DNA of 64,000 nt from Bacteroidota bacterium (GTDB lineage: Bacteria; Bacteroidota; Bacteroidia; UKL13-3): contig JAAFJM010000006.1 in assembly GCA_013298895.1 (NCBI GenBank), positions 27,673 to 91,672 on the forward strand, written 5' to 3'. Position numbers and translations under genes: made by a program. Each line of letters begins with the position of its first letter. Within the stretch, counting starts at the first letter, position 1. This document shows positions 39,186 through 48,815 of the stretch, in pieces. The notes beneath the pieces are model-generated. The model was not told where the DNA came from. It made no database searches and worked only from the letters and a program-made list of their open reading frames with translations.

Positions 39186-41027
39186 TTATTCAACAGTAAC
39201 TGACTTGGCCAAGTTACGCGGTTGATCTACGTTACACTCGCGTAAAACCGCAATGTGATAACTTAATAATTGCAATGGGATAGTGGCAATTAAAGGCAAC
39301 ATAGATTCTTCGCAAGCAGGAATATAAATAACATGATCAGCCATTTCAGCCACATGTTTATCGCCTTCAGTTGCTATAGCAATTACTTTACCTTTACGAG
39401 CTTTTACCTCTTGAATATTGCTTACTACTTTTTCGTAATTAGCATTTTGAGTAGCAATAACTACTACTGGCATTTCTTCATCAATTAATGCAATAGGACC
39501 ATGCTTCATTTCGGCAGCTGGATAACCTTCTGCGTGTATGTATGAAATTTCTTTTAATTTTAAGGCGCCTTCTAAAGCTACGGGGAAACCATAACCACGA
39601 CCAAGATATAAGAAGTTTTTAGCATCTTTATATTCTTTGGCTAGCTCCTTAATCATGTCATTTGATTTTAAAGCTACTTCAATTTTTGCTGGAACTGTTT
39701 CAATTTCTGCAATCATTTCGCGTAAACGTTGGGTAGTTAAAGTGCCACGTTTCTGACCAATTGATAAGGCCATTAATGTTAAAGCAGTAACCTGAGCAGT
39801 AAATGCTTTAGTAGAAGCCACACCAATTTCTGGACCAGCATGAGTGTAAGCACCAGCATCGGTTAAACGAGGAATTGATGAACCTACCACATTACAAACT
39901 CCAAAAATTGTAGCACCTCTACTTTTTGCTAACTCTAAAGCAGCTAAAGTATCAGCTGTTTCACCACTTTGGGAAATAGCAATTACAAAATCATTTTCAT
40001 CTAAAACTGGATTTCTGTACCTGAATTCAGAGGCATATTCAACCTCAACTGGAATTCGAGCAAAATCTTCAAATAGATACTCTCCAACTAAACCTGCATG
40101 CCACGATGTACCGCAACCAACGATGATTATACGCTTGATATTTCTAAATTTATCTTCAAATTTGTCAATACCAGCCATGGTAATTAAACCTTCATTAATA
40201 TGAATTCTACCACGATATGAATCAAGAATTGAACGAGGTTGTTCGAAAATTTCTTTCATCATAAAATGCTCATAACCCCCTTTTTCTATACTTTCCAAAT
40301 TAATTTCTAATTCATGAATGTAGGGTGTTTTGATTGTATTGTCAATGGTTTTTATTGTTAAATCAGTTCCTTTTATAATAGCTATTTCACCATCATTTAA
40401 GTATACCACATTTCTAGTATATTCTACAATGGGAGTTGCATCACTTGCTATGAAGTGTTCACCATCGCCTATACCTAATACCATTGGACTTCCTTTACGT
40501 GCTCCAATTAAATAATTTGGGTCTTTTTTACTTAGAATAACAATTGCATAAGCACCAATAACTTGGGTTAAACTCATACGAACGGCTTCTTCAAAGCTTA
40601 CTTCATTATTTTTATGAACTTCTTCGATTAAATGAATTAAAACTTCTGTATCAGTTTCACTTTTAAATTCATGCCCTCTTTTGGAAAGCATTTCTTTAAG
40701 CGCAGCATAGTTTTCTATAATTCCGTTATGAATAATTGCAAATTCGCCATTACCACTTAAGTGAGGGTGTGCATTTAAATCGTTTGGAACCCCATGTGTG
40801 GCCCAACGAGTGTGTCCCATACCAGTATGAGCTGTTGTACTTTGTGTTCCTATTGAAGCTTCTAAGTCCGCAACTTTTCCGGTTTTTTTATAAATTTTAA
40901 ATTCTTTACTGTCGTCAAGTAAAGCAACACCCGCGCTATCATAACCACGGTATTCTAATCTTTTTAGCCCTTTTAATACGATTGGGCAGGCCTCTCTATG
41001 GCCAATATAAGCTACTATTCCACACAT
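39186..41027 (-). CDS. glmS: Glutamine--fructose-6-phosphate transaminase
   Basis: MCGIV, LEYRGYDSAG, HTRWATHG, SQSGETADT, PRNLAKSVTVE. Confidence 0.99.
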   Translation of the reverse strand: MCGIVAYIGHREACPIVLKGLKRLEYRGYDSAGVALLDDSKEFKIYKKTGKVADLEASIGTQSTTAHTGMGHTRWATHGVPNDLNAHPHLSGNGEFAIIHNGIIENYAALKEMLSKRGHEFKSETDTEVLIHLIEEVHKNNEVSFEEAVRMSLTQVIGAYAIVILSKKDPNYLIGARKGSPMVLGIGDGEHFIASDATPIVEYTRNVVYLNDGEIAIIKGTDLTIKTIDNTIKTPYIHELEINLESIEKGGYEHFMMKEIFEQPRSILDSYRGRIHINEGLITMAGIDKFEDKFRNIKRIIIVGCGTSWHAGLVGEYLFEDFARIPVEVEYASEFRYRNPVLDENDFVIAISQSGETADTLAALELAKSRGATIFGVCNVVGSSIPRLTDAGAYTHAGPEIGVASTKAFTAQVTALTLMALSIGQKRGTLTTQRLREMIAEIETVPAKIEVALKSNDMIKELAKEYKDAKNFLYLGRGYGFPVALEGALKLKEISYIHAEGYPAAEMKHGPIALIDEEMPVVVIATQNANYEKVVSNIQEVKARKGKVIAIATEGDKHVAEMADHVIYIPACEESMLPLIATIPLQLLSYHIAVLRECNVDQPRNLAKSVTVE

Positions 41028-41043
41028 AATTAGAGCAATATTA

Positions 41044-42081
41044 TTAAATATTTTGGGATTTCAAAAATTTGTTTGTGTTAAGAAAATCTGAACTTTTGTT
41101 AATGGCTGATAGCAATGGCTTTGAATATTCTATAAAGTCTTCAAACTCTTGAAAATTTAAAGCTTGTTCACCATCGCTTAATGCTTGCTCTGGATTCGGG
41201 TGAATTTCAATCATTAACCCGTTCGCACCAGCAGCAATTGCAGCTAAAGCCATCTTATTTACAAAGGCAGCTTTACCTACACCATGGCTAGGATCTGCAA
41301 AAATAGGTAGGTGGGAAAGTGATTGCATTAATGGTATTACGCCTAAATCAAAAACATTTCTGCTTTGCATATCAAAACTCCTTATACCACGTTCGCATAA
41401 AATTACATTTTCGTTACCACCACACAATAAATAATCGGCAGCTAAAAGCCATTCTGTAGCTTTTGCACTCATTCCACGTTTAAGCATTATTGGCTTATTT
41501 GTTTTTCCAAGTTCTGCCAACAAAGAGAAATTACTCATGTTTCTTGCACCAATTTGTATAATATCAGTGTGATTATAAACTTCATCAAGGTTACTTAAAT
41601 CCATTAATTCTGTTACAACGCGTAAATCATATTCATCTGCTGCTTTGCGAATTAACCTCAATCCTTCATTTCCAAGACCTCTAAAACTGTAAGGAGAAGT
41701 ACGTGGTTTGAATGCTCCACCTCTAATAAATTTTATTCCTTGCGAATTTAAAAATTTTGCAACACCAAAAATCTGTTCTTCTGTTTCAACTGAACAAGGA
41801 CCTGCAATTAAATTCAAATCGTCACCACCAATTTCAACACCTTTTACTTGAAATGTAGTTTTCTCTTTTAACTCCTTTGAGGAAAGCTGAAAAGGCGTGG
41901 TAATAGGAATAATTTTTTCAATAAAATCAAACTGTTTCAGTTCATCCGTTTTGTAAAATGAAGGTACAATCAATTGATTATTAAAATCTTGATATAAGTA
42001 TTCAAATCCTTTCAATTGAAAGAATTTTTTTAGGTTGCTAATTTGATTAGCAATAACAGTTTGGCTTAATTGAATTATCAC
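41044..42081 (-). CDS. 3-deoxy-7-phosphoheptulonate (DAHP) synthase, type I-beta, with short N-terminal extension
   Basis: AGPCSVE, RGGAFKPRTSPYSF, QIGARNM, LKRG, CERGIR, DPSH, EIHPNPEQALSDG. Confidence 0.92.
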   Translation of the reverse strand: MIIQLSQTVIANQISNLKKFFQLKGFEYLYQDFNNQLIVPSFYKTDELKQFDFIEKIIPITTPFQLSSKELKEKTTFQVKGVEIGGDDLNLIAGPCSVETEEQIFGVAKFLNSQGIKFIRGGAFKPRTSPYSFRGLGNEGLRLIRKAADEYDLRVVTELMDLSNLDEVYNHTDIIQIGARNMSNFSLLAELGKTNKPIMLKRGMSAKATEWLLAADYLLCGGNENVILCERGIRSFDMQSRNVFDLGVIPLMQSLSHLPIFADPSHGVGKAAFVNKMALAAIAAGANGLMIEIHPNPEQALSDGEQALNFQEFEDFIEYSKPLLSAINKSSDFLNTNKFLKSQNI

Positions 42082-42097
42082 AATAAATAAAAACTAC

Positions 42098-43465
42098 TTA
42101 TTTTATAACAGTATAATTTAAATTTAGTTTCAAATTCTTTGTATCTAAAACTACACGTCTTGCTGTGGTTTGAAAAATGGAACCTAAGGTACTATTTGGA
42201 ACTACAATACTTAAACCATAGTGAGTATTTCCAACCCCATTTCGAATATTTTTTAAAATATTATTTAACTCACGAGCAAAGTTAAATCTATATTCTCCCC
42301 TATCTACACTCCCTCCAATATATTGAAAACTTTCAGAATAGGAGTCAACTGTTAACTGACTTCTCCCAAGCGAATCGGTTGAAAGTAATGTAAGTTGATT
42401 TGGAATTTTAAAATTATTATTATCAAATCCGGCAAGTGCTTTTACCACAATTTCGGCTTTTTGTATGGCAAGTTGTGGTGTTTTGGCTAATCTTTGTAAA
42501 ATGGAATCAGCTATAAATATTCTAACTTTTGTACCAGCCATTGATTGTAAATAACAAGTATCTTTTTGTTGTGAAACATTAAATCTTGTGGTTAAAGGAT
42601 TTGTAAGAGACTTGTTACTATTCTCATATTTATTATAGCGTGCATTTCCATTTAAAATTGGAAATTCAGTTCTGAGTCTTGTAGTATCGTTTCTATAATA
42701 CACCACCATATTAGTGTACGAAGAATTTAAATTTATATACCAAAATCCCCCTTCACCAACTGCAAAATTGCTTTCATCAACAATGGCAAAACCTTTGAAT
42801 AAATCATAAAAATCTGAAGAATTGAAGGTGTTTTTATTTTGAAGTTTTAATTTAAAATCATCAGTAAGTTTAATTCTAAGACTTGCAGGGATTTTTACTG
42901 TACTATTTACGTATGTATTAGCAATACTGTCACTTGGCGAAAACTTACCATTAAAGTTACCAGCTAATATTGCGGATTTTAGGTAATTTCGATTAGAGAA
43001 ATAAATCGAATCATAACTTAATTTTTCGCTCATTTCATATACACTTATGTTATGTACAGCATTTGCATCACCTGCAAAAGTACTATCATTTCCAATACGT
43101 AATTGCAAAACAACAGAATCTACAATGGCATTAGTACCAAATGAAAATGATGCTGCATTATTTGGAATAGTGTAAGAAGTTAAAATAGCGGCATTCGACA
43201 ATCCAAAAATAGGGTCATTAATTGCACCCAAAATATACAATGATTGTCGGTGTGTGGCCAACGAATCCATAGGCGCAGTATATGAGTTTAATCCAACCGT
43301 TTCAAATGTTGAATTAAAAGTTGAATCTGGATTAATAAATCCAACCTGTAACGTATTCGTATCTTTTTTACAAGAAGAATAAAATAGTGCTATTGCACTA
43401 ACAAATAGAATAAGATTTTTGATAGTAGTTTTGATTTTAGTTTTGAACTTGCAATAACTCTTCAT
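42098..43465 (-). CDS. DUF4270-family lipoprotein
   Basis: Lipobox YSS-C followed by KKD; LGAINDPIFG, VDSVVL, FKGFAI, YLQSMAG; typical position between the GT5 gene and glmS; likely ATG at 43465 overlaps the upstream gene end. Confidence 0.8.
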   Translation of the reverse strand: MKSYCKFKTKIKTTIKNLILFVSAIALFYSSCKKDTNTLQVGFINPDSTFNSTFETVGLNSYTAPMDSLATHRQSLYILGAINDPIFGLSNAAILTSYTIPNNAASFSFGTNAIVDSVVLQLRIGNDSTFAGDANAVHNISVYEMSEKLSYDSIYFSNRNYLKSAILAGNFNGKFSPSDSIANTYVNSTVKIPASLRIKLTDDFKLKLQNKNTFNSSDFYDLFKGFAIVDESNFAVGEGGFWYINLNSSYTNMVVYYRNDTTRLRTEFPILNGNARYNKYENSNKSLTNPLTTRFNVSQQKDTCYLQSMAGTKVRIFIADSILQRLAKTPQLAIQKAEIVVKALAGFDNNNFKIPNQLTLLSTDSLGRSQLTVDSYSESFQYIGGSVDRGEYRFNFARELNNILKNIRNGVGNTHYGLSIVVPNSTLGSIFQTTARRVVLDTKNLKLNLNYTVIK

Positions 43466-44252
43466 ATAAATTGTCGTATGCATCTCCATACATACCTTCC
43501 ACATGTTCGTGCATTAATTTACCTTTTTGTTTCTTGATAAATTTCGATACTTCTGCATCTATATCAGCACTTGCTTTTACTATTGCATCAGCATGTGTAA
43601 TTCCTGTAATATAAAGCGCGTTGCTATCAGATTTAGCTAAGGAAGCAACTTGTTTATTATCAATTTCGTTTAGGCCAGCCTTACGAGCAAAATCTTTTCC
43701 TAAATTTTCTTCAAATTGATTTTCGAAAACTGAATATACAACTTTTGCATTTCTAAATACAGGCTCATCCTTGTATATAGTTTTCAAATACAATGGGATT
43801 AAGCTTGTCATCCAACCTTGACAGTGAATAATATCGGGCTGCCAACCTAATTTTTTAACAGTTTCTAAAGCTCCTTTACAAAAGAAAATGGTGCGTTCAT
43901 CATTATCATTATAAAAAACATTTTTATCATTAGCAAAAACAAACTTACGATGAAAATAATCTTCATTATCTAAAAAGTAAACTTGCATTTTAGCTTCCTG
44001 AAGAGATGCTACTTTAATTGTTAGTGGGTTATCGTTATCATCAATGGTAATATTGATACCTGACAAGCGAACCACTTCGTGTAATTTATTTCGTCTTTCA
44101 TTGATACAGCCAAAACGAGGCATCAAAACACGTATTTCATTGTTTTTTTCCTGAATTGCTTGTGGTAATCTTCTTGCTAATTCGCCAACATTGGTTACTT
44201 GCAAGTAGGGTGTCATTTCTGATGAAATAAAAAGAACTTTTTTCTTAGCCAT
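43437..44252 (-). CDS. Glycogen/starch synthase N-terminal (GT5) domain-only protein
   Basis: SEMTPY, RVLMPRFGCINERRNKLHEVVRLSG, PDIIHCQGW; only 271 aa. Confidence 0.88.
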   Translation of the reverse strand: MAKKKVLFISSEMTPYLQVTNVGELARRLPQAIQEKNNEIRVLMPRFGCINERRNKLHEVVRLSGINITIDDNDNPLTIKVASLQEAKMQVYFLDNEDYFHRKFVFANDKNVFYNDNDERTIFFCKGALETVKKLGWQPDIIHCQGWMTSLIPLYLKTIYKDEPVFRNAKVVYSVFENQFEENLGKDFARKAGLNEIDNKQVASLAKSDSNALYITGITHADAIVKASADIDAEVSKFIKKQKGKLMHEHVEGMYGDAYDNLYEELLQVQN

Positions 44253-44367
44253 ACTAAAATTTACTTTTTAAAAAAGTATGCAAATTTACGATAATGTTAA
44301 TATATTGATTAATATTGGAGGCAAAAAAATTAGTAAAAATAGACAACGTGCTGTAAATCAAACTCAA

Positions 44368-45219
44368 GTGATTGTATTTAAAACCATAAATGAGCTTAAA
44401 AACTACCTAAATGACCAAAAAGGTAGTGGAAAAACCCTAGGATTTGTTCCCACAATGGGCGCATTACATCAAGGACATATTTCATTAATTCAAAAATCTT
44501 TAACCCAAACTGACATCACAATTTGCAGTATTTTTGTTAATCCTACACAATTTAACAATTCTATAGATTTAGAAAAATATCCGCGAACAACAGCCGAAGA
44601 TATGAAACTTTTAGCTGCTGCTAATTGCGATGTACTTTTCATACCAAGTGTTTTGGAAATGTATCCCAATGGTCAAATCAAAAATACAGAAGATTACGGT
44701 TCCATTACCACCCTATTTGAAGGAGAAAAAAGACCTGGTCATTTTGATGGTGTGATAACTATTGTTTCACGTTTTTTTGAAATTATTAATCCTAATCAAA
44801 CTTTTTTTGGTCAGAAGGATTACCAACAATGCATGGTTGTTGCTGAACTTATAAACCGACATTTTAAAACAATCAAACTTTGTATTGAACCAACTGTAAG
44901 GCAAAATGATGGGCTAGCCATGAGTAGCAGAAATTCTCGTTTAAACAAATCTGAATTGCTTGAAGCATTGGCTATTTCAAAAGCTTTGTTCTATGTTAAA
45001 GAAAATTGGGGAAGTTATGAAATCAATGATCTCTTACATGAGGCAAGAAATATTATTCAATCCGCAGGAATTCTAAAAATAGAATATTTTGAAATTTGCC
45101 ATAAAATAACTTTGGAAAGACTTTCGGGACATTCGAACCAATACGATGACGCTGTTGTTGTAACTGCTGTTTTTTGTGGAGATGTAAGATTAATTGACAA
45201 TTTAATTGTTTACAAGTAA
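44368..45219 (+). CDS. panC: Pantoate--beta-alanine ligase
   Basis: FVPTMGALHQGH, SIFVNPTQF, RPGHFDGV, FGQKDYQQ, AMSSRN, RLIDN; likely GTG start at 44368. Confidence 0.97.
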   Translation: MIVFKTINELKNYLNDQKGSGKTLGFVPTMGALHQGHISLIQKSLTQTDITICSIFVNPTQFNNSIDLEKYPRTTAEDMKLLAAANCDVLFIPSVLEMYPNGQIKNTEDYGSITTLFEGEKRPGHFDGVITIVSRFFEIINPNQTFFGQKDYQQCMVVAELINRHFKTIKLCIEPTVRQNDGLAMSSRNSRLNKSELLEALAISKALFYVKENWGSYEINDLLHEARNIIQSAGILKIEYFEICHKITLERLSGHSNQYDDAVVVTAVFCGDVRLIDNLIVYK

Positions 45220-45269
45220 TATTTAAATTTAACTGTCACTCAGTATTTTTGTTACAAACAAATACCGAA

Positions 45270-46031
45270 ATGAAAGTTAAAAACATAGTTATGGCAATTA
45301 GTGCTCTATTATTAGCAAGTTGTAGTAATAATGCCCCAACTCAATTACCAGATGAAAAGCCAACCATTTATGGCAATTGGCTGCTGGCTAGCCTAATAAA
45401 TTACGTGGATTCAACTCAAAGCATTTTAGGGCATAAACAATTTTTTTGTTCTGAGATAATTATTGATAAGAACAGTGATAGCGTTACCATTGTAAATGGC
45501 GATTACGAATATTGGAAAACCAAATACGATAGCATATCTGAAACCGAAATTTCTCTACAACATTTATCTCACATGCCTCATAGTAATTTATTTTTGACAG
45601 ATGATAATAAACTGTTGTACTACGATTCTGCTGCACAAAAAACATTTTACTTCATTAAAGCCGTTAATAATCCAATTGTAAAAACAAATAGCGATTTACC
45701 TGCCATGAAGTATGAAATAAATAAACGTTTATTTGAACATACTTTTATTGATATAGAAACCAATAAATCAATTTCATTTACAGCACTAAATGAAGTTAAA
45801 AATGAAAAAGAATTTACTCATTACCAAACATTTATTAATAACGATAAGGCTAATATGAGTGAAGATAATTTAATGGAGTGGACCAACCCTAAGACTAAAC
45901 TCACTAAATTAACCATTTGGAAATTCAATGGCGACACTTTGAAAATTTATTCTACAATAAACACTGAATGTAAAGATTGTAAACCATTCTATGAGCGTGG
46001 CGTTATTTGGAAATCACTATTAAAAAAATAA
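45270..46031 (+). CDS. Hypothetical lipoprotein
   Basis: Lipobox LLAS-C; no family recognised. Confidence 0.7.
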   Translation: MKVKNIVMAISALLLASCSNNAPTQLPDEKPTIYGNWLLASLINYVDSTQSILGHKQFFCSEIIIDKNSDSVTIVNGDYEYWKTKYDSISETEISLQHLSHMPHSNLFLTDDNKLLYYDSAAQKTFYFIKAVNNPIVKTNSDLPAMKYEINKRLFEHTFIDIETNKSISFTALNEVKNEKEFTHYQTFINNDKANMSEDNLMEWTNPKTKLTKLTIWKFNGDTLKIYSTINTECKDCKPFYERGVIWKSLLKK

Positions 46032-46037
46032 GCTGAT

Positions 46038-46583
46038 ATGATAGATGAAAAGTTGAATCCTTGGAAAACCAAGAGCATAAAAACTGTTTACGAAAACAAT
46101 TGGATTGAGGTAGAACATCATGAAGTTTTAAATCCAAGTGGTAATGATGGTATTTATGGAAAAGTTCATTTTAAAAATTTAGCTATTGGTATTATTCCTC
46201 TTGATGAAAACAATAATACATGGTTAGTTGGTCAATACAGGTACCCATTAAATAAATACAGTTGGGAAATTCCTGAAGGTGGCGGCACAATTGGGATTGA
46301 GCCAATAGAAAGTGCAAAACGAGAACTTTTGGAAGAGTGTGGTCTAGTGGCCAATGAGTGGACAGAAATCCTTCAAATGCATTTGAGCAATTCTGTTAGC
46401 GATGAATTAGCCATTATTTATGTGGCTAAAGGATTAACCCAAAAAGAAGCTGAACCTGAAGATACAGAGCAATTACAAATAAGAAAACTACCCTTTAATC
46501 AGGTCTTTGAAATGGTGATGAATGGTGAAATTACCGATAGCATGAGTGTAGCTGCCATATTAAAACTTAAACTATTAATGTAA
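46038..46583 (+). CDS. NUDIX hydrolase (ADP-ribose pyrophosphatase-like)
   Basis: QYRYP, WEIPEGG...AKRELLEECG Nudix box. Confidence 0.93.
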   Translation: MIDEKLNPWKTKSIKTVYENNWIEVEHHEVLNPSGNDGIYGKVHFKNLAIGIIPLDENNNTWLVGQYRYPLNKYSWEIPEGGGTIGIEPIESAKRELLEECGLVANEWTEILQMHLSNSVSDELAIIYVAKGLTQKEAEPEDTEQLQIRKLPFNQVFEMVMNGEITDSMSVAAILKLKLLM

Positions 46584-46644
46584 TTACTTTTTTACTAATA
46601 CAAACCTTACCAAAATAAAATTACATAAAAAATTTAAAACTCTT

Positions 46645-47772
46645 TTGTCGGGCATTTATATACATATTCCTTTTTGTAAGCAGGCTTGCTACTATTGTAA
46701 TTTTCATTTTTCTACTCAATTAAAAACCATGGATGAAATGGTAAATGCCATTTGCCATGAAATAGATTTACGATATTCTTATTTAGCCGAAACCGAATTG
46801 CAAAGCATTTATTTTGGGGGAGGAACGCCAAGTTTATTGAGTAATGCTCATTTGAGCCAAATTTTCGAAACCATAAAAAAGTATTTTACCATAACTAAAG
46901 GTGCCGAAATCACTCTAGAGGCTAATCCTGACGATTTAACCGAAGAGAAACTTTTGGCTTTAAAGCAAACACCAATTAATAGGTTAAGCATTGGGGTGCA
47001 AAGTTTTTTTGATGCAGATTTAAAATGGATGAACCGCGCCCACAATGCTAACCAAGCTCAGCAAGCCATTACTTTTGCTAAACAAATTGGTTTTCATAAC
47101 ATTACCATTGATTTAATTTATGGAACTCCTGGTTTAACCAATCATAATTGGTTAACAAATATTGAAACCGCTATTGGTTTAGGTGTAAATCATGTAAGCA
47201 GTTATGCTTTAACGGTAGAGCCAAAAACGGCTTTGGCTTCGTTTATTGAGAAAGGAAAATATACCGAAACCAACGATGAGCAAGCTGCCGAACAATTTGA
47301 TATTTTGGTAAACACGCTTACCGAAAATGGTTTTATACATTACGAAATTAGTAACTTTGGTAAATCAGGATTTTTAGCTGTTCATAATAGCAATTATTGG
47401 AAAGGCAAACATTATCTTGGAATTGGTCCATCGGCACACTCTTTTAATACCAAATCGCGCAGTTGGAATGTGGCTAATAATCAGCAATACATAAAAGCAT
47501 TGCAAAGCAATTATTGCGAAGCAACTGAAGAAATACTTAGCCTTAACGACCAAATAAATGAGTATATTATGACTGGTTTGCGCACCATTTGGGGCTGCGA
47601 TTTAAAGTATATCGAAACCCAATTTGGAGCCGATCAAGTATTGCGAATTATTAAATCAGCTGAAAAATTTATTGCGCAGCAATTATTAATAATTGAAAAT
47701 AATGTGCTAAAAACTACAGCTAAAGGTAAGTTTTTGGCCGATGGTTTGGCCGCAGATTTATTCATTATATAA
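46645..47772 (+). CDS. hemW: Radical SAM heme chaperone HemW
   Basis: YIHIPFCKQACYYCNF, YFGGGTPS, EANP, YEISNF, HNSNYW. Confidence 0.92.
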   Translation: MSGIYIHIPFCKQACYYCNFHFSTQLKTMDEMVNAICHEIDLRYSYLAETELQSIYFGGGTPSLLSNAHLSQIFETIKKYFTITKGAEITLEANPDDLTEEKLLALKQTPINRLSIGVQSFFDADLKWMNRAHNANQAQQAITFAKQIGFHNITIDLIYGTPGLTNHNWLTNIETAIGLGVNHVSSYALTVEPKTALASFIEKGKYTETNDEQAAEQFDILVNTLTENGFIHYEISNFGKSGFLAVHNSNYWKGKHYLGIGPSAHSFNTKSRSWNVANNQQYIKALQSNYCEATEEILSLNDQINEYIMTGLRTIWGCDLKYIETQFGADQVLRIIKSAEKFIAQQLLIIENNVLKTTAKGKFLADGLAADLFII

Positions 47773-47915
47773 TTTAAAAATAACCTGTCGAGTACACACC
47801 TCATATGGAACTCGTAAAACTAAAGTTAGGAAAAGCAAATTTATTACCAAATCATCTACATAATTTTGGTGCTTAAACTATATTTAATTACTATTGTAAC
47901 AATAATTAAATATCA

Positions 47916-48815
47916 ATGAACGTAAATTTTGATTGTAACTTATGTGGCTGTAAAGAAGGAAAAACTATTCCTTTTAGATATGCTTTTAAAGATAAATTTT
48001 TATGGGGTGTAAAATGTAATAACTGTGAGTTGGTTTCCATTTGGCCACGCCCTACAGAAGAAGAAATAGTTGAAATGTATGAATCTGACTATTTTACTGG
48101 AAACGATAAAGAAACCCATCACATGGAGGTAGCTTATGTTGATTTACTGGCGGCAGGTGATTATGCTGACGGAGTTGAATATATGAAAAAATATTGCCCA
48201 ACCGGTAATATTTTAGATGTTGGGTGTGCTACTGGAAATTTTCTGTATGCATTAAAGAATAATGGTTATAACGTAAAAGGAATAGAACTTTCGAGTTTTG
48301 CTGCAGAATTTGGACGGAAAAACTTTGGAATAGACATTATAAATAAGCCATATGATTTTAAGTTATTAAACACTGAACTACCCGAAAATCATTTTGATGT
48401 GGTACTAATGGGCGATGTTTTAGAACATTTTACCAATCCAACCGAAGCTATGAAACTTACCTATAAAATTTTAAAACCTGAAGGAGTTGCATTAATTCAA
48501 TTACCCGGAACACTAAATTTGCTATCAAGTAAACTAGGCTTTATAGTTTATAAGCTAATCGGCTCTCAAAAAACCATGCATATACCTCCTTTTCATTTAA
48601 CTGAATTTAATGCAAAAACGGCTAAGCAAATGTTTAAAGCGTGTGGCTTTAGTAGGGTTATTATCAAAGAAGAGGTTAAACATCCAAGTACTATTCCTTT
48701 ACGTGGTTCTTTTCTTGAAAACACAGTAAAATATATTTTCCAACATATCAATTTTCATTTAACTAAATGGTTTGGCATAGCTGGAGATAGAATTATTATT
48801 GAAGTTTATAAATAA
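47916..48815 (+). CDS. Class I SAM-dependent methyltransferase with N-terminal CxxC...CxxC
   Basis: CNLC...CNNC, LDVGCATG, GIE, DVLEH, LKPEG. Confidence 0.9.
   Translation: MNVNFDCNLCGCKEGKTIPFRYAFKDKFLWGVKCNNCELVSIWPRPTEEEIVEMYESDYFTGNDKETHHMEVAYVDLLAAGDYADGVEYMKKYCPTGNILDVGCATGNFLYALKNNGYNVKGIELSSFAAEFGRKNFGIDIINKPYDFKLLNTELPENHFDVVLMGDVLEHFTNPTEAMKLTYKILKPEGVALIQLPGTLNLLSSKLGFIVYKLIGSQKTMHIPPFHLTEFNAKTAKQMFKACGFSRVIIKEEVKHPSTIPLRGSFLENTVKYIFQHINFHLTKWFGIAGDRIIIEVYK

Noticed and set aside
41028-41043. glmS ribozyme upstream of glmS
   Set aside because: Only 16 bp separate glmS from the upstream gene, leaving no room.
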